Shown here one piece after another: positions 50,811-64,000 of a DNA stretch of 64,000 bases. A program made the translations under genes and the position numbers. The stretch lies in assembly GCA_003282825.1 (NCBI GenBank), contig QBYM01000005.1, positions 15,223 through 79,222 on the forward strand, in the 5' to 3' direction. The stretch comes from Pelagibacteraceae bacterium AG-325-J17 (GTDB lineage Bacteria > Pseudomonadota > Alphaproteobacteria > Pelagibacterales > Pelagibacteraceae). Each line of letters opens with the position of its first letter. Positions within the stretch are counted from its first letter, which is position 1. The notes beneath the pieces were generated by a model. The model did not search any database. It was not told the origin of the DNA and worked only from the letters and a program-made list of their open reading frames with translations.

Positions 50811-51332
50811 ATGATGAATAAAGAGCAGAAAAAAAATTATATTACTGAGATGACGTCTCAATTTGAAAATAGTAAAGCAGTTATGGTCACTCATTATCAA
50901 GGTTTATCAATGGTTCAATTAGATGAATTAAGATCTAAAATGAGAGAGCACGGGATTATTTTTAAAATTACAAAAAACAGAATTACAAAAATAGCTTTAG
51001 AAAAAACCAAGTGTAAAGATTTATCTAATTTATTTACTGGACCAACAGCCGTTGCTTTTGGAGAGGATGCAATTATGTCTGCTAGAATTTTATCAAAATT
51101 TGCTAAAGATAATGAGAATCTCAAATTGATTGGTGGATTAATGGATAATGAGATTCTAGATCAAGCTGGAGTATTAAATGTCGCAAATTTACCTACATTA
51201 GATGAAGCCAGAGCTAATATTGTGGGAATTTTGAATGCCTCTGCTTCAAAATTAGTGAGTATTTTACTTGCACGATCGGAAAAAATGAGTAATTTACCAG
51301 CAGAAAATTCTGAAACACAACCCAAAGAGTAG
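50811..51332 (+). CDS. rplJ: 50S ribosomal protein L10
   Basis: sequence motifs and operon position. Confidence 0.96.
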   Translation: MMNKEQKKNYITEMTSQFENSKAVMVTHYQGLSMVQLDELRSKMREHGIIFKITKNRITKIALEKTKCKDLSNLFTGPTAVAFGEDAIMSARILSKFAKDNENLKLIGGLMDNEILDQAGVLNVANLPTLDEARANIVGILNASASKLVSILLARSEKMSNLPAENSETQPKE

Positions 51333-51337
51333 ATAAC

Positions 51338-51700
51338 ATGCCTGACCTAAATAAAATTATAGAAGATTTATCAAGTTTAACTGTGGCAGAAGCTGCAGAT
51401 CTTTCAAAACAACTAGAAGAAAAATGGGGAGTAACCCCAATGGCAGCAGCAGCACCAGCGGCAGCAGGCGCAGCGGCAGCAGAGGAAAAAGATGATTTTA
51501 CAATTATGCTAGTTTCTGCAGGAGATAAAAAAATTAATGTCATTAAAGAAGTGAGAGCGGCTACATCGCTTGGTTTAAAAGAGGCGAAAGATTTAGTTGA
51601 AGGTGCACCGAAAGAAGTAAAAACTGGTGTTCCAAAAAAAGAAGCTGAAGAAATAAAAGCAAAGTTAGAAGCTGCAGGCGCGAAAGTAGAACTTAAGTAA
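51338..51700 (+). CDS. rplL: 50S ribosomal protein L7/L12
   Basis: Ala hinge; [11 protein letters not shown]. Confidence 0.98.
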   Translation: MPDLNKIIEDLSSLTVAEAADLSKQLEEKWGVTPMAAAAPAAAGAAAAEEKDDFTIMLVSAGDKKINVIKEVRAATSLGLKEAKDLVEGAPKEVKTGVPKKEAEEIKAKLEAAGAKVELK

Positions 51701-51720
51701 ATTAACAGGAAATTTTTAAG

Positions 51721-51746
51721 TACTGATTAATTTTTTTAATCAGTAT
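51721..51746 (+). terminator. hairpin between rplL and rpoB (possible attenuator or processing site)
   Basis: TACTGATTAA...TTAATCAGTA inverted repeat; no clear U tract. Confidence 0.5.
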
Positions 51747-51755
51747 TGAACATAG

Positions 51756-54700
51756 ATGCAAATATCTTTTACGGAAAAAAAGAACGTAAGAAAAAGTTTT
51801 GGTAAACTTAAAGAAAGTTTATCTATTCCGAATCTTATAGAAGTTCAAAAAAATTCATATGATGAGTTGACTTTTTTTGACACTAATGCAGGAGATTTAA
51901 CCAAAGGTTTTGATAGAGTTTTTAAAAGTATTTTTCCAATAGAAGATCTTAATGATAAAGCTACTTTAGAATACATTTCATATAGATTAGAAAAGCCAAA
52001 GTTTGATGTTGAAGAATGTATAACTAGGGGACTAACGTACTCGTCTGCTTTAAAATGTACTTTAAGACTAGTAGTTTACGAAATTGATCCTGAAAATAAT
52101 ACTAAAGATATATTGTCTGCTAAAGAACAGGAAGTTTACATGGGTGAAGTTCCAATGATGACAAATAGTGGAACATTTATCACAAATGGTGTTCAAAGAG
52201 TTGTTGTAAATCAAATGCATAGAAGTCCAGGTGTGTTTTTTGATCATGATAAAGGAAAAACGCACGCTAGTGGAAAACTTTTATTTAATTGTAGAGTAAT
52301 TCCTAACAGAGGATCTTGGTTAGATTTTGAATATGATGTAAAAGATTATCTATATTTTAAAATTGATAGAAAGAAAAAAATTCTTGCTTCGACATTATTA
52401 CTTGCATTAGGTTTTACAAAATCAGAAATTGCTAATGAATTTTATGAAAATGAAAAATATATTTATGATACGAAAACAGAAAAATGGAAAACTAAATTTA
52501 ACCCAGAAAACTATAAAGCAAAAAATTTTTCTGAGGAAGTAATAGATGCAAAGACTGGAAAAGTAGTTATCACCTTAGGCGAAAAAATTAATTTCTTAAA
52601 TGCAAAGAAGTTAGCAAATGACGGTTTAAAAGATATATTTGTTTCAAGAGAGTCACTGTACGGTAAATTTTTACATGAAGATATAAAGATAAGTGATGAA
52701 GAGGAAGGAATTCTTAAAATTGGTACTGAGTTAAATGATACTGTGATTCAACAAATATTGGACGCAAACATTCATTCATTAAATATTTCGGTTACAAACT
52801 CAATCAATAAAGGACCCTATTTATTAACAACAATACTTAATGATAAAAATAATACTAAAGATGAGGCTATAACAGAAATATATAAAATGCTCAGACCTGG
52901 GGAACCACCTACAATTGAAATAGCTGCGCAAATTTTCAATAATTTATTTTTTAGTTCTGATAGATACGATTTATCTGATGTCGGTAGAGTAAAAATGAAT
53001 TCCAGACTTAATTTAGAGTGTTCAGATAAAATTACTATTTTAAGGAATGATGATATTATTGCAATTATTCATAAAATGTTAGACCTAAGAGATGGTAAAG
53101 ATGAAGTTGATGATATTGACCATTTAGGAAATAGAAGAGTTAGATCAGTTGGTGAACTAGTTGAAAACCAAGCACGTATTGGCGTTTATAGAATGGAAAG
53201 AGCTATCAAGGAAAAAATGACTACTCTAGATATTGAGTCTGCAATGCCCCAAGATCTGATTAACGCAAAACCACTTACTGTTTCCTTAAAAGATTTTTTT
53301 GCAAGTTCACAACTTTCTCAATTTATGGATCAAACAAATCCACTTTCAGAAATTACTCATAAAAGAAGAGTTTCTGCATTAGGACCTGGTGGATTAACTA
53401 GAGAACGAGCTGGTTTTGAAGTAAGAGATGTGCATCCAACTCATTACGGAAGAATCTGCCCAATTGAAACTCCAGAAGGCCCAAACATTGGTTTAATCAA
53501 TAGCCTTTCTACTTATGCAAAAATTAACAAATATGGTTTTATAGAAAGTCCATACAAAAGAGTTAAGGAAGGGGTAGTTCAAGATAATGTTGAATACCTT
53601 TCTGCTATGGAGGAAACCAAATTTACTATTGCCCAGGCGAATACAAAAATTGATAAAAATGGAAAAATTATTGAAGAGTTAGTTTCTTGTAGAGAAAATT
53701 TAAATTTTCTTTTGTCTAAACCAGAAACAATTGATTATATAGATGTATCACCTAAACAATTAGTTTCAGTTGCTGCTTCATTAATTCCTTTCCTAGAAAA
53801 TGATGACGCAAATAGAGCTCTTATGGGTTCAAATATGATGAGACAAGCTGTTCCTCTTTTAAAACCAGAAGCACCTTTAGTTGGTACTGGTATTGAAAGT
53901 GATGTAGCTTTAGACTCAGGTGTTACAATAGTAGCAAAAAGAGATGGAGTAGTAGATAAAATTGATGGTAAGAGAATTGTAATTAAAGTTACTGAAGAAA
54001 CTGATTTTTCAAAATCGGGTGTTGATATATATAATCTTCAAAAATTTAAAAGATCTAATCAAAATACGTGTATCAATCAAAGACCATTAGTAAGAGTTGG
54101 AGATAAAGTTAAAACTGGTGATATAATAGCAGATGGACCTTCAACTAAACTTGGTGAATTGGCTCTTGGAAAAAATGTTACAGTCGCATTCATGCCATGG
54201 CAAGGCTATAATTTTGAGGACTCAATCTTAATTTCAGAGAGATGTGTTACAGATGATGTGTTTACATCAGTCCATATAGTTGAATATGAAATTATGGCGA
54301 GAGATACTAAATTAGGTGAGGAAGAAATCACCAGAGATATTCCAAATGTAAATGAAGAGGCTTTAAAAAATCTAGATGAATCTGGTGTAGTTTATATAGG
54401 AGCTGAAGTTAATGCAGGTGATATTCTAGTAGGAAAAGTTACACCAAAAGGTGACTCAGCTTCAGGACCTGAGGAAAAATTATTAAGATCTATTTTTGGT
54501 GAAAAAGCAATTGATGTCACTGACACTTCTTTAAGAATGTCTAGAGGTAGTAGTGGTACAGTCGTAGATGTAAGGGTTTTTAATAGACATGGAATTGAAA
54601 AAGATGAAAGATCAATAACTATTGAAAGAGCTGAAATTGAAGAAGTTCAACAAGATAAAATAGTAGAAGAAGAAATTTTAGAGAGAAGTATTAAACAAAG

Positions 54701-55844
54701 AGCATCTCAAATCTTAACTGGCTCGTCTTTAAATAAAAAAATGAAAGATATTGAAGCTGGAACAAAATTAGATTTTGAAACTATCAGTCAAATTAATATT
54801 AATGATCTTTTTAAGATAACACCAAGTAATATAAAAGATGAAGCAACTTTAGCTCAACTAAAAGAACAATATAATCAAGCAAAACAAGATATTACAGAAA
54901 GATTTGAAGATAAGGTTTTAAAAATCAGAAGTGGTGATGATCTTCTGCCTAGCGTTATGAAAATGGTAAAAGTTTTTGTCGCTATAAAAAGAAGATTAAG
55001 ACCAGGTGATAAAATGTCAGGGAGGCATGGTAACAAAGGTGTTGTTAGTAAAATTGTTCCCGTAGAAGATATGCCATATAGAGAAGATGGTAGACCTGTT
55101 GACATAGTATTAAACCCATTAGGAGTTCCAAGTAGAATGAACGTTGGTCAAATATTAGAAACACACCTTGGCTGGGCATGTAAGGAATTCGGAGAACAAA
55201 TTAAAAAATTAGTTAACGAAAATAACAAAAAAATTGAAAGAAATGAAAAAATAGAAAGTTTTTTAAAATCTGTTTATGGAGAGGAAATATTTAATCAAAA
55301 AGTTGACAAATTAAGTAAAACTGAATTCAGAGACTTATGTGAAAATTTACAAAATGGAATAGCTATCTCAACACCAGTCTTTGACGGGGCTAAAGAGAAA
55401 AATGTTACAGAAATGCTCGAACTCGCTAATCTACCAAAGTCTGGTCAAACATATTTATGGGATGGAAGAACTGGAGAAAAATTTGATAGACCGGTAACTG
55501 TAGGTATAATTTATATGCTTAAGCTACATCACTTGGTGGAAGATAAAATTCATGCAAGATCTACAGGTCCATACAGCTTAGTTACTCAACAACCTTTAGG
55601 TGGAAAAGCACAATTAGGTGGTCAAAGATTTGGTGAGATGGAAGTTTGGGCCTTAGAGGCATACGGCGCATCATATACTCTTCAAGAAATCTTAACTGTT
55701 AAGTCAGATGATGTCGCTGGAAGAGTAAAAGTTTATGAAACTATTGTAAAAGGTGAAGAAAACTTCGAGTCAGGTATACCAGAGTCCTTCAATGTATTAG
55801 TAAAAGAAATTAAATCTTTAGCACTAAATGTGGAGTTAAACTAA
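51756..55844 (+). CDS. rpoB: RNA polymerase beta subunit
   Basis: [21 protein letters not shown]. Confidence 0.99.
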   Translation: MQISFTEKKNVRKSFGKLKESLSIPNLIEVQKNSYDELTFFDTNAGDLTKGFDRVFKSIFPIEDLNDKATLEYISYRLEKPKFDVEECITRGLTYSSALKCTLRLVVYEIDPENNTKDILSAKEQEVYMGEVPMMTNSGTFITNGVQRVVVNQMHRSPGVFFDHDKGKTHASGKLLFNCRVIPNRGSWLDFEYDVKDYLYFKIDRKKKILASTLLLALGFTKSEIANEFYENEKYIYDTKTEKWKTKFNPENYKAKNFSEEVIDAKTGKVVITLGEKINFLNAKKLANDGLKDIFVSRESLYGKFLHEDIKISDEEEGILKIGTELNDTVIQQILDANIHSLNISVTNSINKGPYLLTTILNDKNNTKDEAITEIYKMLRPGEPPTIEIAAQIFNNLFFSSDRYDLSDVGRVKMNSRLNLECSDKITILRNDDIIAIIHKMLDLRDGKDEVDDIDHLGNRRVRSVGELVENQARIGVYRMERAIKEKMTTLDIESAMPQDLINAKPLTVSLKDFFASSQLSQFMDQTNPLSEITHKRRVSALGPGGLTRERAGFEVRDVHPTHYGRICPIETPEGPNIGLINSLSTYAKINKYGFIESPYKRVKEGVVQDNVEYLSAMEETKFTIAQANTKIDKNGKIIEELVSCRENLNFLLSKPETIDYIDVSPKQLVSVAASLIPFLENDDANRALMGSNMMRQAVPLLKPEAPLVGTGIESDVALDSGVTIVAKRDGVVDKIDGKRIVIKVTEETDFSKSGVDIYNLQKFKRSNQNTCINQRPLVRVGDKVKTGDIIADGPSTKLGELALGKNVTVAFMPWQGYNFEDSILISERCVTDDVFTSVHIVEYEIMARDTKLGEEEITRDIPNVNEEALKNLDESGVVYIGAEVNAGDILVGKVTPKGDSASGPEEKLLRSIFGEKAIDVTDTSLRMSRGSSGTVVDVRVFNRHGIEKDERSITIERAEIEEVQQDKIVEEEILERSIKQRASQILTGSSLNKKMKDIEAGTKLDFETISQININDLFKITPSNIKDEATLAQLKEQYNQAKQDITERFEDKVLKIRSGDDLLPSVMKMVKVFVAIKRRLRPGDKMSGRHGNKGVVSKIVPVEDMPYREDGRPVDIVLNPLGVPSRMNVGQILETHLGWACKEFGEQIKKLVNENNKKIERNEKIESFLKSVYGEEIFNQKVDKLSKTEFRDLCENLQNGIAISTPVFDGAKEKNVTEMLELANLPKSGQTYLWDGRTGEKFDRPVTVGIIYMLKLHHLVEDKIHARSTGPYSLVTQQPLGGKAQLGGQRFGEMEVWALEAYGASYTLQEILTVKSDDVAGRVKVYETIVKGEENFESGIPESFNVLVKEIKSLALNVELN

Positions 55845-55846
55845 TT

Positions 55847-58800
55847 ATGAAAAAAGAATTAACAGATCTATTTAAAAATTCAGAAATTTCTGAAGCACAA
55901 AATTTTAATAGCATTAAGATATCTTTAGCTAGTCCAGAAAAGATTAAATCATGGACTTATGGTGAAATAAAAAAACCAGAGACAATAAATTACAGAACTT
56001 TTAGACCTGAAAAAGATGGTCTTTTTTGTGCTAGAATTTTTGGCCCAATAAAAGATTACGAATGTTTATGTGGAAAATATAAACGAATGAAATTTAGGGG
56101 GATTATATGCGAAAAATGTGGTGTTGAAGTAACAAAATCAAACGTTCGAAGAGAAAGAATGGGTCATATAAATTTAGCAACACCAGTAGCACATATTTGG
56201 TTTTTAAAGTCATTACCTAGCAGAATAGCTCTTGCTGTGGATATGAAATTAAAAGAAGTAGAAAGAGTATTATATTTTGAGAATTTTATTGTAATTGAAC
56301 CTGGTTTAACTGGCTTACAAAAAAATCAGATTTTAAGTGAGGAAGAATTAGCAAAATATCAAGATGAATATGGTGAAGAGGCTTTTACTGCTGGCATTGG
56401 AGCTGAAGCTGTTCTTGAAATGCTCAAAAATCTTGACTTAGAATTAGAGAGAAAAAATTTAGCAAGTTATATTAAAGAGACTAAATCAAAAGTTAATGAG
56501 GAAAGAGCAATAAAAAGACTAAAATTAATTGAATCTTTTATTGAGACTGGACAAAAACCAGAGTGGATGATTATGACTGTTGTTCCAGTAATTCCACCTG
56601 AATTACGACCATTAGTTCCTCTTGATGGTGGTAGATTTGCTACGTCTGATTTAAATGATCTTTATAGAAGAGTTATTAATAGAAATAATCGTTTAAAAAG
56701 ATTAATGGATCTTAAAGCTCCAGATATAATTGTAAGAAATGAAAAACGTATGCTGCAGGAGTCTGTAGACGCATTGTTTGATAACGGTAGAAGAGGCAGA
56801 GTAATTACAGGTACAGGCAAAAGACCACTTAAATCTTTAGCTGAGATGTTAAAAGGTAAACAAGGAAGATTTAGACAGAACCTACTTGGTAAGAGAGTTG
56901 ATTATTCTGGACGTTCTGTAATTGTAGTTGGTCCAGATTTAAAGTTGCATGAATGTGGATTGCCTAAAAAAATGGCATTAGAATTATTTAAACCTTTCTT
57001 ATATGCAAGACTTAATAAATTAGGTTTGGCATCAACAATTAAACAAGCAAAAAAATTAGTTGAAAAAGAAACAAACGCTGTTTGGGATGCTTTAGAATTA
57101 ATAGTAAGAGAACATCCAGTTCTTTTAAATAGGGCGCCAACTCTTCACAGACTGGGTGTTCAAGCTTTTGAACCTAAGTTAATTGAGGGGGATGCAATTG
57201 AACTACACCCTCTGACTTGTGCTGCATTCAACGCTGACTTTGATGGTGATCAAATGGCTGTTCATGTTCCTTTGAGTTTAGAAGCTCAATTAGAGGCAAG
57301 AATATTGATGCTTTCTACAAATAATATTTTATCCCCATCTAATGGTAAACCAATTATTGTACCTAGTCAGGATATGATCTTGGGAATTTATTATTTATCT
57401 CAAGAACCAATAACTGATAAACCTTCAGGATATTTTTTAGATGCTGATCAAATAGAGTTTGCATTATCTTCAGGACAAATAAAAGTACACAGTACAATTA
57501 TATCTAGATTTGAAACTGTTGACGAAAAAGGAAATAAAAAATTTGAAAAGTATACTTCAACAGCTGGAAGGTTTTTGTTAGCGAATTTACTTCCAAAAAA
57601 TAAAGATATTAAATTTTCATTAATTGATAGATTGTTGCCTAAAAAAACTGTTTCAGAAATAATTGATATAGTTTTTAGATTTTGCGGTCAAAAAACAACT
57701 GTTATTTTCTGTGATAAATTAAAAGATTTAGGTTTCAAACATGCATTTAAAGCAGGAATCTCATTTGGTAAAGATGATCTAGTTATTCCAGCAAACAAAA
57801 CTCAATTAATTGATGATACCAAAAAATTAATTGCTGATTATGAAACACAATATGCTGAAGGATTAATCACAAGAGGTGAAAAATACAATAAAGTTGTTGA
57901 TGCCTGGTCTAAATGTACGGATAAAGTTGCAGGGGAAATGATGAAGGGTATTTCAGCGACAGAAAAAACTTCTGAAGGACTAAAGATCAATTCGGTATTT
58001 ATGATGGCAGACAGTGGGGCTAGAGGATCTGCTGCACAGATGAAACAATTAGCAGGTATGAGAGGATTAATTGCCAAACCGTCTGGAGAAATTATTGAAA
58101 GTCCAATTACTTCAAATTTCAAAGAAGGGTTAACAGCACTTGAATATTTCAATTCTACTCACGGAGCTAGAAAAGGATTAGCCGATACAGCACTTAAAAC
58201 TGCAAGCTCAGGATATTTAACAAGAAGACTTTGTGATGTAGCTCAAGATTTAACAATTACAAAAGTTACGTGCGATAATCCTGGCTTTATTGAATTATCT
58301 GAAATATTAGAAGGTGGAAATGTTGTTGTAAGTTTATCTGAGAGATCATTAGGTAGAGTAACTGCTGCAGATGTAAAAAATCCAATATCCGGTGAAATTG
58401 TAATTAAGAAATCTACGATGATTGATGAAGCTGGATGTGATCTCATCGATGCAGCTGGAGTAAAATCTATAAAAGTTTATTCAGTAATGACATGTAGTTC
58501 AAAAGAGGGTGTTTGTTCAACTTGTTATGGAAGAGATTTATCAAGAGGAAAAATGGTTCATGTTGGAGAAGCAATTGGAATGATTTCAGCACAATCAATT
58601 GGAGAACCAGGTACTCAATTAACAATGAGAACGTTCCACGTTGGTGGTACAGCTTCAGTAAAACAAGATTCTCAAATAGTCAGTAAAAGTGAAGGTACTT
58701 TAAAGATATTAAATTCAAATATTTTAGAAGATTCAAAGAAAAATTTAATTGTTATGGGTAGAAATACTCAGCTGTCCATTGAAGATGATAATGGAGTACA

Positions 58801-60010
58801 AATAGCAGTTTACAAAGTAGCTTATGGTTCAAAAGTATTTTTCAAAAATGGAGATAAAGTTAAAGCTAATACAAAAATTTGTGAATGGGATCCGTATACA
58901 ACACCTGTTATCGCTGAGAAAAGTGGTATTGCTGGTTTTGTAGATTTAATAGACGGTGTTTCAATTCAAGAAACAACTGATGATGCAACTGGTATATCAT
59001 CAAAATCAGTTGTTGATTGGAGATCTCAATCTAAAAGTTCAGACTTAAAACCCAGAATAACTCTTAGAGATGAAAAGGGTAATGTTATTAAAAAAGCTGA
59101 TGATAATGAAGCTAGGTATTATTTAGTACCTGACTCAATTTTATCAGTTAAAGATGGTCAAAAAGTTTCTGCTGGAGATGTAATTGCTAGATTACCAAAA
59201 GAAACTACAAAGACTAAAGATATTACTGGAGGTTTACCTAGAGTTGCAGAATTATTTGAAGCAAGAAAAGCTAAAGATAGTGCAATCATTGCTGAAAATG
59301 ATGGACAAGTTGTTTTTGGTAAAGAAGTAAGAGGTAAACAAAGAGTATCAATAGTACCGGAAGATGGAGCAGAACCATCAAATTATTTAATTCCAAAAGG
59401 AAAACATATTAATTTTAACCAAGGTGAAAGAATTAAAAAAGGTGAATACTTATTAGATGGCCAACCTTTACCTCACGATATATTACGTATTTTGGGTATA
59501 AAAGAATTAACAGAGTATTTTGTTAATCAAGTTCAAGAAGTTTATCGACTTCAAGGTGTTATAATTAATGATAAGCACATTGAAACTATTTTAAGACAAA
59601 TGCTGAAAAAGGTTGAAGTTAAAACTACAGGAGATTCAAGTTATCTACCTGGAGAAATAATTGACAGAATAAAATTTGATAATGTAAATGAGAAACTAAA
59701 AGCTGATGGAAAAACCCCAGCAACAGGCGAAAGAGTATTAATGGGGATTACTAAAGCATCACTACAAACAGAGTCTTTCATTTCAGCTGCTTCTTTTCAA
59801 GAAACAACAAGAGTTCTTACAGATGCAGCAATTAAAGGAAAAGTTGATCCATTAAATGGTCTTAAAGAAAACGTTATTGTTGGAAGACTTGTCCCAGCTG
59901 GAACTGGAAATATTAAGAACAAATGGAATAAAAAAGCCCTTGAAGATGACAATAAATTTCTTTCTGAGCAAGAGAAGATTGAGCAGTCAGAAACGCCTAC
60001 AAATCAATAA
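55847..60010 (+). CDS. rpoC: RNA polymerase beta' subunit
   Basis: NADFDGDQM. Confidence 0.99.
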   Translation: MKKELTDLFKNSEISEAQNFNSIKISLASPEKIKSWTYGEIKKPETINYRTFRPEKDGLFCARIFGPIKDYECLCGKYKRMKFRGIICEKCGVEVTKSNVRRERMGHINLATPVAHIWFLKSLPSRIALAVDMKLKEVERVLYFENFIVIEPGLTGLQKNQILSEEELAKYQDEYGEEAFTAGIGAEAVLEMLKNLDLELERKNLASYIKETKSKVNEERAIKRLKLIESFIETGQKPEWMIMTVVPVIPPELRPLVPLDGGRFATSDLNDLYRRVINRNNRLKRLMDLKAPDIIVRNEKRMLQESVDALFDNGRRGRVITGTGKRPLKSLAEMLKGKQGRFRQNLLGKRVDYSGRSVIVVGPDLKLHECGLPKKMALELFKPFLYARLNKLGLASTIKQAKKLVEKETNAVWDALELIVREHPVLLNRAPTLHRLGVQAFEPKLIEGDAIELHPLTCAAFNADFDGDQMAVHVPLSLEAQLEARILMLSTNNILSPSNGKPIIVPSQDMILGIYYLSQEPITDKPSGYFLDADQIEFALSSGQIKVHSTIISRFETVDEKGNKKFEKYTSTAGRFLLANLLPKNKDIKFSLIDRLLPKKTVSEIIDIVFRFCGQKTTVIFCDKLKDLGFKHAFKAGISFGKDDLVIPANKTQLIDDTKKLIADYETQYAEGLITRGEKYNKVVDAWSKCTDKVAGEMMKGISATEKTSEGLKINSVFMMADSGARGSAAQMKQLAGMRGLIAKPSGEIIESPITSNFKEGLTALEYFNSTHGARKGLADTALKTASSGYLTRRLCDVAQDLTITKVTCDNPGFIELSEILEGGNVVVSLSERSLGRVTAADVKNPISGEIVIKKSTMIDEAGCDLIDAAGVKSIKVYSVMTCSSKEGVCSTCYGRDLSRGKMVHVGEAIGMISAQSIGEPGTQLTMRTFHVGGTASVKQDSQIVSKSEGTLKILNSNILEDSKKNLIVMGRNTQLSIEDDNGVQIAVYKVAYGSKVFFKNGDKVKANTKICEWDPYTTPVIAEKSGIAGFVDLIDGVSIQETTDDATGISSKSVVDWRSQSKSSDLKPRITLRDEKGNVIKKADDNEARYYLVPDSILSVKDGQKVSAGDVIARLPKETTKTKDITGGLPRVAELFEARKAKDSAIIAENDGQVVFGKEVRGKQRVSIVPEDGAEPSNYLIPKGKHINFNQGERIKKGEYLLDGQPLPHDILRILGIKELTEYFVNQVQEVYRLQGVIINDKHIETILRQMLKKVEVKTTGDSSYLPGEIIDRIKFDNVNEKLKADGKTPATGERVLMGITKASLQTESFISAASFQETTRVLTDAAIKGKVDPLNGLKENVIVGRLVPAGTGNIKNKWNKKALEDDNKFLSEQEKIEQSETPTNQ

Positions 60011-60176
60011 AAATAACACACTAGTTTCTTAGTTTTAGTTTGACAAAGTCGAATTAATAAGTAATTTGGCGATATTTTTGGTTGGAATGTAGTGTTAACT
60101 TATCACACTAAACGCTGCCACAAATAACCTGTCAGTTATTTCATTCAAAAATAAATTAATATTTAAAACAAAATTT

Positions 60177-60548
60177 ATGCCAACTATTAACCAATTGTTA
60201 AGAAAAAAAAGAACTAAACCATTAGCAAGGAACAAGGTTCCTGCATTGCAAAAGCAACCTCTTAAAAGAGGAGTTTGTGTTAAGGTTTACACAACAACAC
60301 CAAAAAAACCAAACTCAGCCTTAAGAAAAGTTGCTAGAGTAAGATTGTCAAATGGTTTTGAAGTAACCGCTTATATTCCAGGCGAAGGTCATAATCTCCA
60401 AGAACATTCTGTTGTATTGATAAGAGGTGGAAGAGTTAAAGACTTACCAGGTGTTCGTTATCATATCTTGAGAGGAAATCTAGATACTCAAGGCGTTGCA
60501 AATAGAAAAAAAAGAAGATCTTTATACGGAACGAAAAAAGGTAAATAA
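60177..60548 (+). CDS. rpsL: 30S ribosomal protein S12
   Basis: [11 protein letters not shown]. Confidence 0.99.
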   Translation: MPTINQLLRKKRTKPLARNKVPALQKQPLKRGVCVKVYTTTPKKPNSALRKVARVRLSNGFEVTAYIPGEGHNLQEHSVVLIRGGRVKDLPGVRYHILRGNLDTQGVANRKKRRSLYGTKKGK

Positions 60549-60550
60549 TT

Positions 60551-61021
60551 ATGTCTAGAAAAAAAACTCAACCTAAAAAAAATATCGTTCCAGATCCAAA
60601 ATTTAACTCAACTATTATTCCAAAACTAATTAACAACATTATGTATGATGGTAAAAGAGGTGTGGCTGCTAAAATCGTATACGATGCTATAGAAAAAATT
60701 AAAACAAAATCAAAAGATGAACCAATAAATATTTTTAATGAGGCTATAAATAACATAAAACCGACTGTAGAAGTTAGATCAAGAAGGGTTGGAGGAGCTA
60801 CTTACCAAGTACCTGTTGAGGTAAAAAGTAAAAGAGCTCAAGCTTTAGCAATCAGATGGTTAGTCGATTCAGCTAGAAAAAGAAAAGACAAACATATGTC
60901 AGATAAAATTTTTAATGAACTTTACGATGCATACGAGAAAAAAGGTGCTGCGGTTAAAAAAAGAGAGGATGTGCATAAAATGGCTGAGTCAAATAAAGCT
61001 TTCGCACATTTTAGGTGGTAA
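60551..61021 (+). CDS. rpsG: 30S ribosomal protein S7
   Basis: RRVGGATYQVP, AFAHFRW. Confidence 0.99.
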   Translation: MSRKKTQPKKNIVPDPKFNSTIIPKLINNIMYDGKRGVAAKIVYDAIEKIKTKSKDEPINIFNEAINNIKPTVEVRSRRVGGATYQVPVEVKSKRAQALAIRWLVDSARKRKDKHMSDKIFNELYDAYEKKGAAVKKREDVHKMAESNKAFAHFRW

Positions 61022-61027
61022 TAGATT

Positions 61028-63106
61028 ATGGCTAGAACTCATACATTAGATAAGTATAGAAATATTGGTATCATGGCTCATATTGATGCTGGTAAAACAA
61101 CAACTACTGAAAGAGTTTTATATTATACTGGAAAAAGTCATAAGATTGGTGAAGTGCATGATGGTGCAGCAACAATGGATTGGATGGAGCAAGAACAAGA
61201 AAGAGGTATTACTATTACTTCAGCCGCTACTACTTGTTTTTGGCAAGATCACAGAATTAATATTATTGATACCCCTGGCCACGTTGATTTTACTATTGAA
61301 GTTGAACGATCTTTAAAAGTTTTAGATGGCGCGGTCGCTGTTTTTGATGGTGTGGCAGGTGTAGAACCTCAATCAGAAACTGTCTGGAGACAAGCAGATA
61401 AATACAAAGTTCCTAGAATTTGTTTTGTTAATAAATTGGACAGAACTGGTGCAGATTTTTTTAGATGTGTTGACATGATTAAAGATAGATTAGGTGCTAA
61501 ACCATTACCAATACAAGTTCCAATTGGTATTGAGTCATCTTTAACCGGAGTTGTGGATTTAGTTAAAATGAAAGCCCAGGTTTGGAAAAATGAAGCTTTG
61601 GGAGCTGAATGGGAATATAAAGAAATTCCTGATGACCTAAAAGAAATATCTCAAAAATATAGAACAGAATTAGTTGAAATGGCTGTTGAGCAAGATGAAA
61701 AATTAATGGAATCTTATTTAAATGGTGATGAAATTAAAGAAGAAGATTTAATAAAATGTATTAGAAAAGGTACACTTAACTTTAGTTTTGTACCGATTTT
61801 AACTGGTTCTGCATTTAAGAATAAAGGTGTGCAACCTTTACTTGATGCTGTGATTAATTATTTACCAAGTCCAATAGATATTGGTTCTATAAAAGGAACA
61901 AAACCTGGTTCTGAAGAAGAATTAGAAATGAAATTTGAAGATGGAGCTGGTTTTTCTGCATTAGCTTTTAAGGTAGCAAACGATCCATTTGTTGGTTCTC
62001 TGACTTTTATAAGAGTTTACTCAGGTACAATTAAAACCGGAACAGGAATTTATAATTCATCTAAAGAGAAAGAAGAAAGAGTTGGTAGAATGCTTTTAAT
62101 GCATGCTAACTCAAGAGAAGATATTAAAGAAGCTAATGCAGGTGACATCGTGGCCTTGGCTGGTTTAAAATATACTATTACAGGTCACACTCTGTGTGAT
62201 GAAGAAAAACCTGTTTTGTTAGAGCCAATGGAATTTCCTGATCCGGTAATTGAAATAGCTGTTGAACCAAAAACTAAAGCTGACCAAGAGAAAATGGGTG
62301 AAGCTTTAGGTAGATTAGCTAAAGAAGATCCTTCTTTTAGAGTAACGTCAGATGAAGAGTCTGGACAAACTATAATTAAAGGAATGGGTGAACTTCATCT
62401 AGATATAATTGTAGATAGAATGAAAAGAGAATTTAAAGTAGAGGCTAATGTTGGAGCTCCTCAAGTTGCTTATAGAGAAACATTAGAAAATGCTTCTGAG
62501 GTTGAATACACTCATAAAAAACAAAGTGGTGGTGCAGGTCAATTTGCAAAAGTTAAACTTTTAGTAGAACCTCAAGAGCCAGGCGCAGGTAGATCTGTTG
62601 AAAGCAAAATTAAAGGTGGAGCTATTCCAAAAGAATTTATACCTGGTGTTGAAAAAGGAATTGAAACAGTTTCTGATGGTGGAATTTTAGCTGGGTTTCC
62701 GATGATTGATTATAAAGTAACAATTTTAGATGGATTACATCACGATGTAGACTCTAGTGTCTTAGCATTCGAGTTAGCTAGTCGAGCATGTTTTAAAGAA
62801 GCATGTACTAAGGGAACTCTAAAATTATTAGAACCAGTTATGAGAGTTGAGGTTGTGACACCTGAAGACTATATGGGTGACGTAATTGGTGATCTTAATA
62901 GTAGAAGAGGACAAATAAGTACTCAAGAACAAAGAGGAAATGCTACTGTGATTACCGCGATGGTTCCTCTTGCCAATATGTTTGGATATATAAATAATTT
63001 AAGATCAATGTCTCAAGGAAGAGCTCAATATTCTATGTTCTTTGATCATTATTCAAAAGTACCACAGAACGTTCAAGATGAAGTAACTAAAAAGATTGCA
63101 GGTTAA
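61028..63106 (+). CDS. fusA: elongation factor G
   Basis: [17 protein letters not shown]. Confidence 0.99.
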   Translation: MARTHTLDKYRNIGIMAHIDAGKTTTTERVLYYTGKSHKIGEVHDGAATMDWMEQEQERGITITSAATTCFWQDHRINIIDTPGHVDFTIEVERSLKVLDGAVAVFDGVAGVEPQSETVWRQADKYKVPRICFVNKLDRTGADFFRCVDMIKDRLGAKPLPIQVPIGIESSLTGVVDLVKMKAQVWKNEALGAEWEYKEIPDDLKEISQKYRTELVEMAVEQDEKLMESYLNGDEIKEEDLIKCIRKGTLNFSFVPILTGSAFKNKGVQPLLDAVINYLPSPIDIGSIKGTKPGSEEELEMKFEDGAGFSALAFKVANDPFVGSLTFIRVYSGTIKTGTGIYNSSKEKEERVGRMLLMHANSREDIKEANAGDIVALAGLKYTITGHTLCDEEKPVLLEPMEFPDPVIEIAVEPKTKADQEKMGEALGRLAKEDPSFRVTSDEESGQTIIKGMGELHLDIIVDRMKREFKVEANVGAPQVAYRETLENASEVEYTHKKQSGGAGQFAKVKLLVEPQEPGAGRSVESKIKGGAIPKEFIPGVEKGIETVSDGGILAGFPMIDYKVTILDGLHHDVDSSVLAFELASRACFKEACTKGTLKLLEPVMRVEVVTPEDYMGDVIGDLNSRRGQISTQEQRGNATVITAMVPLANMFGYINNLRSMSQGRAQYSMFFDHYSKVPQNVQDEVTKKIAG

Positions 63107-63108
63107 TA

Positions 63109-63417
63109 ATGGAAAAACAAAATATTAGAATTAAACTTAGAGCGTATGATAATAAGATATTAGATGCTTCAACGGAAGAAATTGTTAATACTGTTAAGAG
63201 AACTGGTGCTACTATCAAAGGACCAATACCGCTACCCACTAGAATTGAAAGATATACAGTTTTAAGGTCACCACACATAGACAAAAAAAGTAGAGAGCAA
63301 TTTGAGACTAGAACGCATAAGAGATTAATAGATATAATTGAACCAACACCCCAAACAGTTGAAGCATTAATGAAACTTGATTTAGCATCTGGTGTTGACG
63401 TGGAGATTAAAATTTAA
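63109..63417 (+). CDS. rpsJ: 30S ribosomal protein S10
   Basis: GPIPLPT, SREQFE. Confidence 0.99.
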   Translation: MEKQNIRIKLRAYDNKILDASTEEIVNTVKRTGATIKGPIPLPTRIERYTVLRSPHIDKKSREQFETRTHKRLIDIIEPTPQTVEALMKLDLASGVDVEIKI

Positions 63418-63419
63418 TT

Positions 63420-64000
63420 ATGAGTGAGATAGCTTTAATAGGAAAAAAAATTGGAATGACCAGAGAATTTTATAAATCAGGACAGTTAGTTCCTGTCACT
63501 GTTTTAAAAATGGAAAAAGCAAGAGTTATCCAAGTTATAGAAGAAGATAAAAGAGGGTATAAAGCTGTTCAACTTGGGTATGGAAAAATTAAAAATTCAA
63601 AGTTAACAAAAGCTATGAAAGGCTTTTTTTCAAAAAAAAACACTGAAGCTAAAAAGAAATTGAAGGAATATCGGGTTACAAATACTGAAAACTTTAAAGA
63701 GGGAAATGAATTTGGACTTGAGATATTTAAAGATATTAAATTTGTAGACACGAGATCTAAAACCATAGGTAAAGGTTTTGCTGGTGCAATGAAAAGACAT
63801 AATTTTGGTGGTTTAAGAGCCACTCATGGTGTTTCCATATCTCATAGATCTCATGGATCAACTGGTCAAAGACAAGATCCAGGAAAGGTTTTTAAAGGAA
63901 AAAAAATGGCTGGTCATATGGGTGATAAACTTAGAACCATGCAAAATATAGAGATTATAAAAACAGATTTAGAAAATGAACTTCTTTATTTAAAAGGTTC
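63420..64000 (+). CDS. rplC: 50S ribosomal protein L3 (runs off the window end)
   Basis: manual translation MSEIALIGKKIGMT...GKGFAG..KRHNF; follows rpsJ. Confidence 0.95.
   Translation, partial: MSEIALIGKKIGMTREFYKSGQLVPVTVLKMEKARVIQVIEEDKRGYKAVQLGYGKIKNSKLTKAMKGFFSKKNTEAKKKLKEYRVTNTENFKEGNEFGLEIFKDIKFVDTRSKTIGKGFAGAMKRHNFGGLRATHGVSISHRSHGSTGQRQDPGKVFKGKKMAGHMGDKLRTMQNIEIIKTDLENELLYLKG

Noticed and set aside
51443-51481. GCA-rich repeat in rplL
   Set aside because: It encodes the normal Ala-rich hinge of L7/L12.
919-63823. Short antisense or nested ORFs in the track (for example 1951-2220, 48144-48425, 57838-58152, 63569-63823)
   Set aside because: They are shadows of well-supported genes on the other strand or frame and have no recognisable motifs.

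Overview
AT-rich alphaproteobacterial chromosome segment whose gene content and compactness fit a SAR11/Pelagibacterales genome (an inference, not a database result). Core genes fill both ends: cysS-cimA-trmJ-rpsD, the pur cluster, map and sfsA on the left, and tRNA-Tyr/Gly-tuf-secE-nusG-rplKAJL-rpoBC-rpsLG-fusA-rpsJ-rplC on the right. The middle (about 12.8-46.5 kb) is accessory: glycan-modification genes, a glucosylglycerate-type operon and two tRNA-anchored arrays. The main finding is that both arrays are built from small integrase-less cassettes. At tRNA-Thr(TGT) six cassettes are separated by copies of the tRNA 3' half. At tRNA-Leu(TAA) two cassettes are separated by copies of the upstream region plus the tRNA 5' half. 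Complete cassettes carry their own matched pair of 11-bp-period direct repeats at both ends, at a near-fixed distance from the tRNA fragment. In seven of the eight cassettes the left repeats overlap a sigma70-like promoter that sits just before the first cargo gene. Cargo includes 15 type IV pilin variants with a constant N-terminus, a BcgI-like restriction-modification pair, a PD-(D/E)XK nuclease and exported proteins. Decay is strongest at the tRNA-distal end. No integrase is visible in the window, which suggests an integron-like, trans-mobilised cassette system at tRNA genes.
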